A model generated the notes under the pieces. That model saw only the letters and a list, made by a program, of their open reading frames with translations. It ran no database searches and was not told the DNA's origin. A DNA stretch of 15,198 nt from the NCBI GenBank assembly GCA_001742785.1, contig MCBF01000001.1, positions 94,662 to 109,859 of the forward strand. The letters run 5' to 3'. This DNA is from Candidatus Altiarchaeales archaeon IMC4 (GTDB taxonomy: Archaea; Altiarchaeota; Altiarchaeia; IMC4). The position numbers and the translations under genes are program-made. Of the stretch, positions 9,241 to 15,198 are shown piece after piece; position 1 is the first letter of the stretch, and each line of letters begins with the position of its first letter.

Positions 9241-10146
9241 ATGCCTAATCTCAAAACATCCGTCGCAGGGGTCGAACTTGAAAACCCGACTGTTTTAGCA
9301 TCCGGGATCTTAGGGGTTACCTCTGCTTTGATGCTGCGTGTCGCGCACTCCGATGCGGGGGCAGTCACCACGAAGTCCATCGGGATCGAAAAAAGAAATG
9401 GCCACGAAAACCCGGTCATAGTCGAGGTTGAAGGCGGGCTTCTCAATGCGGTCGGCTTATCGACGAGCGCGAATGCGTTCGAAGAGCTGAGGGGCGCGGT
9501 GGAAAAATCGCCGGTTCCGGTGATAGCCAGCATCTGGGGGAAAACGATTGAAGAGTTCGGCGAGGTTGCCGCAATGGCCTCCGAATGTTCGCCCGCATTA
9601 ATCGAGGTCAACATCTCGTGCCCGAACGTCAAGCATTTCGGAAAGGTCTTCGGCTCGGATGCCAAGACCGCGGCGCAGGTTACCAAAGCCGTAAAGGCCG
9701 AAACCAAAATACCTGTCATCGTAAAACTGACCCCGAACGTCCCTGACATCGGCGAAATCGCAAAAGCGGTCGAGGCCGCGGGCGCGGATGCGATATCTGC
9801 GATAAACACGCTTGGCCCGGGGATGGTAATTGATTTGAAAAGCAAAAAGCCGGTACTCTCGAACAAGACCGGGGGTTTGTCAGGCCCTGCGATAAGGCCC
9901 GTTGCCGTGAGGTGCGTTTGGGAGATTTACGAAACGGTCGAAATCCCGATCATCGGCATCGGCGGGGTAACAAGCGGAAAGGACGCCATCGAGATGATGA
10001 TGGCAGGTGCTTCTGCGGTCGGTATCGGAACCGGCGTGATGTACCGCGGAATCGGGATATTCGAAGATGTCTGCGAAGAGATAAAAACGTTCATGTTGGA
10101 GGAGGGGTACCAAAACCTGAAGGAAATAATCGGGGCCGGGCATTGA
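9241..10146 (+). CDS. pyrD: Dihydroorotate dehydrogenase, family 1 (1B-like) catalytic subunit
   Basis: LASG, TTKS, NAVGL, NISCPN (catalytic Cys), VKLTPN, INT, GGLSG, IIGIGG. Confidence 0.95.
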   Translation: MPNLKTSVAGVELENPTVLASGILGVTSALMLRVAHSDAGAVTTKSIGIEKRNGHENPVIVEVEGGLLNAVGLSTSANAFEELRGAVEKSPVPVIASIWGKTIEEFGEVAAMASECSPALIEVNISCPNVKHFGKVFGSDAKTAAQVTKAVKAETKIPVIVKLTPNVPDIGEIAKAVEAAGADAISAINTLGPGMVIDLKSKKPVLSNKTGGLSGPAIRPVAVRCVWEIYETVEIPIIGIGGVTSGKDAIEMMMAGASAVGIGTGVMYRGIGIFEDVCEEIKTFMLEEGYQNLKEIIGAGH

Positions 10147-10178
10147 TTTTATATCTGTAATTCAGTTCGTCATACTAA

Positions 10179-10412
10179 CGCTCGCAAAATCCAAACATCT
10201 CGCTCAATTCCGGCTGGAACCTTATCGGCTCCGTTCCGGCTCGGATGGCAACCGATGAGGACCTTTGCCAGAACATAACCTCGTGCATTGCAGTAGCAAA
10301 ATACGATGCCGGTTTCACTACGCATACAAAGGGTTCTGCAAGCGACTTTAATGTTTCGCAGGGCGAAGGGTATTTTGTTTACGTTACGCAGGACAGCAGT
10401 TGGATGGGATAA
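10179..10412 (+). pseudogene. Start-less fragment of an archaeal cell-surface protein C-terminal domain
   Basis: Open frame reads ...NISLNSGWNLIGSVP...FNVSQGEGYFVYVTQDSSWMG*; the LxxGWNLI...GxGY[FW] pattern is typical of surface-protein modules. In-frame TAA at 10176 and no ATG before the motif. Confidence 0.6.
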
Positions 10413-10429
10413 TCATTGGCCGGGCATGA

Positions 10430-11146
10430 CTAATCCCCTTTAACCCGCATAAGAAATTCTATATCCTCCCTTATGTCTTTTGTGTGCGCGCCTTGCGAAA
10501 CCTTCCTCAGGACATTGCCGGGATTTTTGACCCTTGCACCGCCTATCGCATCCGCGCCGTAATCGAACAGGACATCCGACATCGGCGTTGTCGGCCCCAG
10601 TACTGCGGTAAACGCGTTCCTGCTTAACTCAAGAAGCCGCTCCATGGATTTGTTTATCAGGGCCGTCCCGGTTATCATGACGATGTCCGCCTTTGGCAGG
10701 AGGTATTCTGCGGCCGTGTCAGGGAAATCGCCGGCCTGTTGGTTTTTCTCGATAATCTGCACATCGCCTATCTCGCGCAGCGGGTCTATGTCCCGGTCCG
10801 GGAAATGGCCTATCACCGCGATCTTGTTGTCCTTGTTTGCGAACTTATCGTGTATAAAACGGAATATGTTGGCGCGCTCGCCTTCCGGCTCTATGAGCGA
10901 ATTTATCGCCGCAACACCAACCGATGCCTCAGCAAGGTTCCATGATTTTGCGTATTGCGCAAGTTCGAGCGCAGGCCTTCCCGCCAGTTCGCCGCACCCT
11001 GCGATGAAGCACTTGTGATACGCGGGGGGCATTGTCATGGCAAGCCCGCAGCGCCTGCTTTCAACCGCGCACCAGTGCGGGCCGATGCGTACGTCCTTGA
11101 CATTTGCGTCCTCGAGACCGCCTATCAGGTCGTCTACCAGGCTCAT
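10430..11146 (-). CDS. DUF364 (DUF4213 + Rossmann-like) family protein, putative metal/cofactor handling
   Basis: EASVGVAAINS, IAVIGHFP, AEYLLPKADIVMITGTALINKSMERLLEL, LGPTTPM. Confidence 0.9.
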   Translation of the reverse strand: MSLVDDLIGGLEDANVKDVRIGPHWCAVESRRCGLAMTMPPAYHKCFIAGCGELAGRPALELAQYAKSWNLAEASVGVAAINSLIEPEGERANIFRFIHDKFANKDNKIAVIGHFPDRDIDPLREIGDVQIIEKNQQAGDFPDTAAEYLLPKADIVMITGTALINKSMERLLELSRNAFTAVLGPTTPMSDVLFDYGADAIGGARVKNPGNVLRKVSQGAHTKDIREDIEFLMRVKGD

Positions 11147-11757
11147 TTTGTAGTGTAATATTTTTGGCTAATGCACCCCCTGCAAAGCCCGTTATCTGCC
11201 TTAGGGCACGGCTCGCCGCATTTTTCGCAGAACATTATAGCGAACTTAACGCTTCCCGAGCCCTTGACTCGAACCTCCTGATAATCCAGTATTTCCCTTT
11301 TTGCGCGTTTGATATCCTCGATGACGCGCTCCTTCGGCAGTTCGTGCTTTGATTTCCTTTTCAAAAACCAGTCGTAGAAATCCCGGTATTTTTTTTGTTT
11401 TTCCTCGCCGGTTATGATGCGAACCCGCACCCCTTTTCCGTTATTCTTATCGCCCCCTTCGTGCTTGTTGTAGTAGTACAGGGTGAGCGCGAACTTCCCC
11501 CAGCCAAGTACCCTAAGCTTGCCGTTTCCTATCGTACAGTGGGTCATTACCTGGATGCTGTCGGGAAGGCACACGTCGGTTTCCGCTGCGGCATAGATGT
11601 TCTTTGCAGTTTCGTCGTTTTTGATGTCTATGCCATAGAGTTTACCCAAGAGTTCAGCCGCATATTCCGTCATAAATGCGCCGACAGCGGTGCCGGGGCT
11701 TTCGTGCCCGTGGAGTTTGAATACCCCCTTCATTGCTTCATCGGGTTTCAATATCAT
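11143..11757 (-). CDS. FmdE-family protein with C-terminal C4 zinc finger
   Basis: HGHESPG, CLPDSIQVMTHCTIGNG, GKFALTLY, GVRV; C-terminal CEKCGE...LCRGC. AGGTG directly upstream of the ATG; GTG at 11760 is an alternative start. Confidence 0.88.
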   Translation of the reverse strand: MILKPDEAMKGVFKLHGHESPGTAVGAFMTEYAAELLGKLYGIDIKNDETAKNIYAAAETDVCLPDSIQVMTHCTIGNGKLRVLGWGKFALTLYYYNKHEGGDKNNGKGVRVRIITGEEKQKKYRDFYDWFLKRKSKHELPKERVIEDIKRAKREILDYQEVRVKGSGSVKFAIMFCEKCGEPCPKADNGLCRGCISQKYYTTK

Positions 11758-11769
11758 CACCTTTGTTTT

Positions 11770-12162
11770 TTACGTCTCAACCAGATCGACATGCACCTCG
11801 CTTTTTATCCTGTCCACTATTTCTTTTACCGCATCGAAGGCCTCTGCCCGGTGTTCCGCCGAAACGTGGATATAAACGACTGGGGACTTCGCCGCAAGGT
11901 CGTCGAGATTGTGGCAGATTGCAGTATTGACGATGCCGTGTTTCCGGGATGCCTCATCGGCAATCGCGCGTAGTTTATCCTCCGCAGTATCGGCTAAGCC
12001 GAGGTGAAGTTTCTTGACAACCCTGCCGCCAGACATTTTCCTGACAATCCCCGTAAAGGTTACGACGCAGCCGATTCTGTCCGAACCCGGGCCCGAAAGT
12101 ACGTTCTCCATTGCCTGTGCGAACGCATCGGCGCCCAGTTTCGTGATTTTTATGTGGTTCAT
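11770..12162 (-). CDS. moaE: Molybdopterin synthase large subunit MoaE-like protein (divergent)
   Basis: GCVVTFTGIVR and VSAEHRAEAFDAVKEIVDRIK; lacks the canonical PxWKKE tail. Confidence 0.8.
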   Translation of the reverse strand: MNHIKITKLGADAFAQAMENVLSGPGSDRIGCVVTFTGIVRKMSGGRVVKKLHLGLADTAEDKLRAIADEASRKHGIVNTAICHNLDDLAAKSPVVYIHVSAEHRAEAFDAVKEIVDRIKSEVHVDLVET

Positions 12163-12183
12163 TCCTTGGTATCACTGGTTTAT

Positions 12184-12270
12184 TCACTCATTTTTACTTA
12201 ATAAAAATCTCCATAACGGGACGTATTCAACCATTATGCCGCCTTTTGCTTCTACTTTATCACGGTCACG
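12184..12270 (-). pseudogene. Orphan C-terminal fragment resembling COG1373 (AAA_14-DUF4143) ATPases
   Basis: Minus frame reads RDRDKVEAKGGIMVEYVPLWRFLLSKNE*; the 'xPLWxFLL' ending is characteristic of that family from recall. Confidence 0.45.
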
Positions 12271-12323
12271 CTTAATATATTTTTGGATATATAAATATTG
12301 AGATTAATATACTGTCCAAAAAT

Positions 12324-12791
12324 CTATCTGCCTTTAACCTTCTCAACCACCCTCACATCAGCAATCCTCGTATCCGGGTACTGCCCGTTTTCGTCTTTTT
12401 CAAGGTATTTCACCATATCCCAGATTGTCAAAAGCGCGGCACTTACGCCGGCGAGCGCTTCCATCTCGACGCCCGTTTTCGCAACAGCCGTGACCGTTGT
12501 CCTTGCGGTAATCGTGCCGGTGCCGACCGCAAATGATGTTTCAACCTTGCTTATCGGTATCTGGTGGCAAAGCGGGATGAGCCGGGGCGTGTCCTTCACC
12601 GCGTTTATCGCCGCGATTTCCGCAACCGTCAGTGGGTCGCCCTTTTTTATTTTTTTATTCTTTATTTTCCCCATCGTGCTTTTTTTAAGGAATATTTTTC
12701 CTTCCGCAACCGCAGTCCTTCTCACAGGTTTCTTTTCCGAGATGTCGACCATCCCAATCTGGCTTTGCATTTTGCATTTTTCAATTTGCAT
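12324..12791 (-). CDS. moaC: Cyclic pyranopterin monophosphate synthase MoaC
   Basis: MVDISEK, RTAVAEG, KKGDPL, LIPLCHQI, TGVEMEAL, TIWDMVK. Start at 12791 or 12770. Confidence 0.96.
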   Translation of the reverse strand: MQIEKCKMQSQIGMVDISEKKPVRRTAVAEGKIFLKKSTMGKIKNKKIKKGDPLTVAEIAAINAVKDTPRLIPLCHQIPISKVETSFAVGTGTITARTTVTAVAKTGVEMEALAGVSAALLTIWDMVKYLEKDENGQYPDTRIADVRVVEKVKGR

Positions 12792-12792
12792 T
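12765..12792 (-). repeat. Four tandem heptamers (AATGCAA consensus) at the moaA/moaC junction
   Basis: Minus strand AATGCAA-ATTGAAA-AATGCAA-AATGCAA. Confidence 0.65.
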
Positions 12793-13665
12793 TTACGAAT
12801 CTCCCGGATAGTACGGCTGCCTGCGCCCCATCGCTTCGTTAAACAAATCCTGCACGTTTTTTCCGTTGTTCACCTCTACAAGGTTGTCATCCCTCATCAG
12901 GCAAGGCTTCAGTTTGCCGTCGCTTGTAAGCCGGATCTTGTTACAGCCCTCGCAAAACCTCCTGCCGGGCCTTACCACCTCCACCACGACGCCGTCAATG
13001 TGGTACTGCATTCGGTTTTGCATCTTTCTTTCGGCTGCCTTTACCGCCATCGTTTTAAGTTTTTCCTCGACAGGCCCAAGGCTTGCATGGTATTTGTCGT
13101 AGGTGGGCTTGTTCAGGGGTATCAATTCGATTAACTGCAGGTTCGCCCCCTGCCCCCTTGCAAACTCGATCATTTCCCCTATCTCGTGGTCGTTCACTCC
13201 CTTGAGGACGACCATGTTAAGCTTTATCGGCGCAAGCCCTGCTTTCTTTGCGGCACGAATGCCCGGAAGTATGCCGCGGGCGTTCTTGTCCATTGCCCCC
13301 GAAACCGAATCGCATCCGATGTTCACCCTGCAAAGCCCGGCATCGAAAAGGGGCCATGCAAGTTTTTCAAGGAGCGTTCCGTTGGTGGTCATCGAGACCT
13401 CTTCGATCCCGTCCGTCGCGGATATGCGCGATACTATCTCCACTATATCACGGCGAACCAAAGGCTCCCCGCCGGTTATCTTCACGCTTTTGACCCCCCA
13501 CTTTGCCGCGCACCCGACAACCTCGCATATCCTGCCGATGCCCGCCTCTTCCCCCGAGCGGTTCTCGCCCTCCCGGTGGCAGTAGATGCAGTCCAGGTTG
13601 CACCTTTGGGTTACGGATATCCTCAGGTTTTCCACAGGCATTTCAAAGCGGTCGGTTAGGTTCAT
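12793..13665 (-). CDS. moaA: GTP 3',8-cyclase MoaA (radical SAM)
   Basis: LRISVTQRCNLDCIYCHREG, KITGGEPL, MTTNG, C-terminal cluster CEGCNKIRLTSDGKLKPC, archaeal-type PYY end. Start taken at MNLTDRF. Confidence 0.96.
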   Translation of the reverse strand: MNLTDRFEMPVENLRISVTQRCNLDCIYCHREGENRSGEEAGIGRICEVVGCAAKWGVKSVKITGGEPLVRRDIVEIVSRISATDGIEEVSMTTNGTLLEKLAWPLFDAGLCRVNIGCDSVSGAMDKNARGILPGIRAAKKAGLAPIKLNMVVLKGVNDHEIGEMIEFARGQGANLQLIELIPLNKPTYDKYHASLGPVEEKLKTMAVKAAERKMQNRMQYHIDGVVVEVVRPGRRFCEGCNKIRLTSDGKLKPCLMRDDNLVEVNNGKNVQDLFNEAMGRRQPYYPGDS

Positions 13666-14134
13666 CGTTTTTCCCATCATAGGGTGCTGTTTCAAAGTCG
13701 AACAGGTCGCCTATTTTTGACCTCATTACGAAACCGGTAAATTCGTCCCTGTCCATCTTCGGCAGCCTCTGTTTCGGGGCGTTTTGCCTAAGTTTGACGT
13801 TTAAGGCGGTTTTCTCGGATTTCCGGGCGAATGTGAAACTCCAGTCCATGCGCTCTTTGTCCGTGTTTTCTATAATCAGGTTGCCCCTTGTTTTTGCGCG
13901 GGTTATGAACTCAAGTGCGTCAACTGCGCACTTTGGCAGTTTGTTAGTGATTATTATTAAAAAATCATCCCTCTTGGGTATTTCATCGCCCCAAAGAGAC
14001 ATTGCCGCAAATTTTGTCGCCTTGAATCCCACTGCTATGCCAGGACATAACCCTCCGTGATACTTTACAATATCATCGATAGTTATCTCAAGAAGACGCG
14101 TCTTGTCGTATATTGAAATACCTTCTGTGTCCAT
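13643..14134 (-). CDS. Second FmdE-family protein (core domain only)
   Basis: DIVKYHGGLCPGIAVGFKA and CAVDALEFITRA. Start uncertain (14134, 14164 or 14260). Confidence 0.75.
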   Translation of the reverse strand: MDTEGISIYDKTRLLEITIDDIVKYHGGLCPGIAVGFKATKFAAMSLWGDEIPKRDDFLIIITNKLPKCAVDALEFITRAKTRGNLIIENTDKERMDWSFTFARKSEKTALNVKLRQNAPKQRLPKMDRDEFTGFVMRSKIGDLFDFETAPYDGKNDEPNRPL

Positions 14135-14253
14135 CTGCCCGCGTTTAGGTTCCTTATTTTCCATACCAAAAGAGACCCGGCACTTACGGTTGCAAGCACC
14201 AGTATCCTCTCCATGCTTACCGCAAGGGCGGCAAGGTCGGTTGGTCCGCACAT
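14083..14253 (-). CDS. Possible small membrane peptide (56 aa, starts MCGP)
   Basis: MCGPTDLAALAVSMERILVLATVSAGSLLVWKIRNLNAGRWTQKVFQYTTRRVFLR*; GAGGT lies 8 nt upstream of the ATG; hydrophobic segment followed by basic residues. Confidence 0.35.
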   Translation of the reverse strand: MCGPTDLAALAVSMERILVLATVSAGSLLVWKIRNLNAGRWTQKVFQYTTRRVFLR

Positions 14254-14259
14254 TTTGCA

Positions 14260-14856
14260 TTACCTCTTAATTATTTTCAGTACCAAAAGTGAAAGCACGC
14301 TAAACACCACCGCAGAAAGCGCGCTGACGGCGAATATGATAAGTACCTTGCTGCCTGTTAGCGCCGCGTACTTTTCGGGTGCGCTCTTTGCGAATATGAA
14401 AGGCAGGGAATATGCAAGGAAAATCATGTCTGCGAAAACCGCTGATGCCGCAAACCTGACGGGCTCCCGTACCTTCGAAAAAAGGTAAAGCGCCGCTTCA
14501 AGGGACAAACCAAGAAGTACCGCGCCTATAAAGAACTCGACACTTCCGAGCCGCCCCGGGTCCGCGGTCTGGAGATTAAAAACGGAAACTACGGTTGACA
14601 TTACCGCCCCGAATGCTGCCGATGATACCGCCGCCGCCCAGCGTTTGCCTGTCAGCCGGGATGCCGCCAGCGCGCAAGCCGCCATGAACGGCCCGAATAC
14701 GACCCCGAAGCCCACGCCGGGGCCAGGCAGTTTTAAAACCTCATGCATCAGGGTGGAGATCGCGCCGCTGGGAAATATGAACAAAAAAAGCAACGCTCCT
14801 GCGATGCCGATTGCCGATGCGGTGGCCATGTCCTGCAGGTTTGTCTTGTTTGCCAT
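14260..14856 (-). CDS. Integral membrane protein, ECF S-component-like
   Basis: 198 aa with about six hydrophobic helices; HEVLKLPGPG loop and TGKRWAA segment recall the K-x-G-A-A turn of YkoE-like S components. Confidence 0.6.
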   Translation of the reverse strand: MANKTNLQDMATASAIGIAGALLFLFIFPSGAISTLMHEVLKLPGPGVGFGVVFGPFMAACALAASRLTGKRWAAAVSSAAFGAVMSTVVSVFNLQTADPGRLGSVEFFIGAVLLGLSLEAALYLFSKVREPVRFAASAVFADMIFLAYSLPFIFAKSAPEKYAALTGSKVLIIFAVSALSAVVFSVLSLLVLKIIKR

Positions 14857-14862
14857 TTCGTG

Positions 14863-14874
14863 ATCGTTAACGAT
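14863..14874. promoter_or_regulatory. Perfect 12-bp palindrome near the predicted transcription start
   Basis: ATCGTTAACGAT, 7-18 nt upstream of the ATG at 14856. Confidence 0.45.
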
Positions 14875-14885
14875 TAATAATTGTG

Positions 14886-14909
14886 CATTATATCCTTAAA
14901 AACATAACG
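14886..14909 (-). promoter_or_regulatory. ModE-type operator overlapping a TATA-like box
   Basis: Minus strand CGTTATGT-TTTTAAGG-ATATAATG fits the ModE consensus CGTTATAT-N8-ATATAACG; the spacer contains TTTTAA; located between the modE-like gene and the operon. Confidence 0.75.
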
Positions 14910-14910
14910 A

Positions 14911-15198
14911 TTATTCCCGGCCGAACACCTCGGTGAACTGTTTTTCAATCGCCGCATCGACGCCCATCCTGAACCGCCCGTATTTCTCAAGAAGCCTGCG
15001 CGCGTCCTCTGTCAGTTCGGCCCCGCCGCCCGATGCGCCGCCGGTTTTTGTCCCGACGAGATTGAACCCGAAACGTTTTTCCATCAGCTTCACGTCGCCC
15101 CATGCCTTCCTGTATGACATTTTCAGTTCCTTTGCCGCGCGGTTTATGGAACCGGTATCCCCTATCAGGGAAAGAAGCTCGTACCTGCCGTCGCCGAA
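14911..15198 (-). CDS. modE: ModE-family winged-helix regulator (5' end outside the window), no C-terminal TOBE domains
   Basis: Frame open to the window edge: FGDGRYELLSLIGDTGSINRAAKELKMSYRKAW...TKTGGASGGGAELT...; stop follows the dimerisation helix. Confidence 0.9.
   Translation of the reverse strand, partial: FGDGRYELLSLIGDTGSINRAAKELKMSYRKAWGDVKLMEKRFGFNLVGTKTGGASGGGAELTEDARRLLEKYGRFRMGVDAAIEKQFTEVFGRE

Noticed and set aside
9241..10146. pyrD without adjacent pyrK
   Set aside because: The electron-transfer subunit is often encoded elsewhere; absence from this window is uninformative.
12195..12218. Second ModE box upstream of moaE
   Set aside because: Only one half-site (CGTTATGG) matches, and it lies inside the ATPase-like remnant.
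12793..12830. MoaA lacks the C-terminal GG motif
   Set aside because: Archaeal MoaA proteins commonly end in a PY[YWF]-type tail; not unusual.
11143..14134. FmdE genes as evidence of methanogenesis
   Set aside because: FmdE-family proteins are widespread in non-methanogens and no fmd/fwd catalytic subunits are present.

Overview
Archaeal chromosomal window (RadA, membrane-anchored LonB, Pop5/Rpp14, archaeal-type PRPP synthetase and MoaA); the lineage cannot be fixed from sequence alone. The left and middle parts hold housekeeping genes (rnp2, lonB, radA, a stand-alone LarC C-terminal domain, prs, DUF192, nadE, cutA, M42 aminopeptidase, pyrD), interrupted by two toxin-antitoxin modules (MNT-HEPN and HicB-HicA). 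The right ~4.8 kb is a minus-strand Mo/W-cofactor cluster: ModE-like regulator without C-terminal TOBE domains, ModE box over a TATA-like element, ECF S-component-like membrane protein, possible 56-aa peptide, FmdE-like protein, moaA, moaC, divergent moaE, FmdE-zinc finger protein and DUF364. The most notable unexplained items are this putative ModE-controlled uptake/cofactor-handling module, a dense array of short-loop palindromes with a MITE/REP-like element at 57-298, and several spacers that carry orphan gene ends. All family calls come from motif recognition, not database searches.
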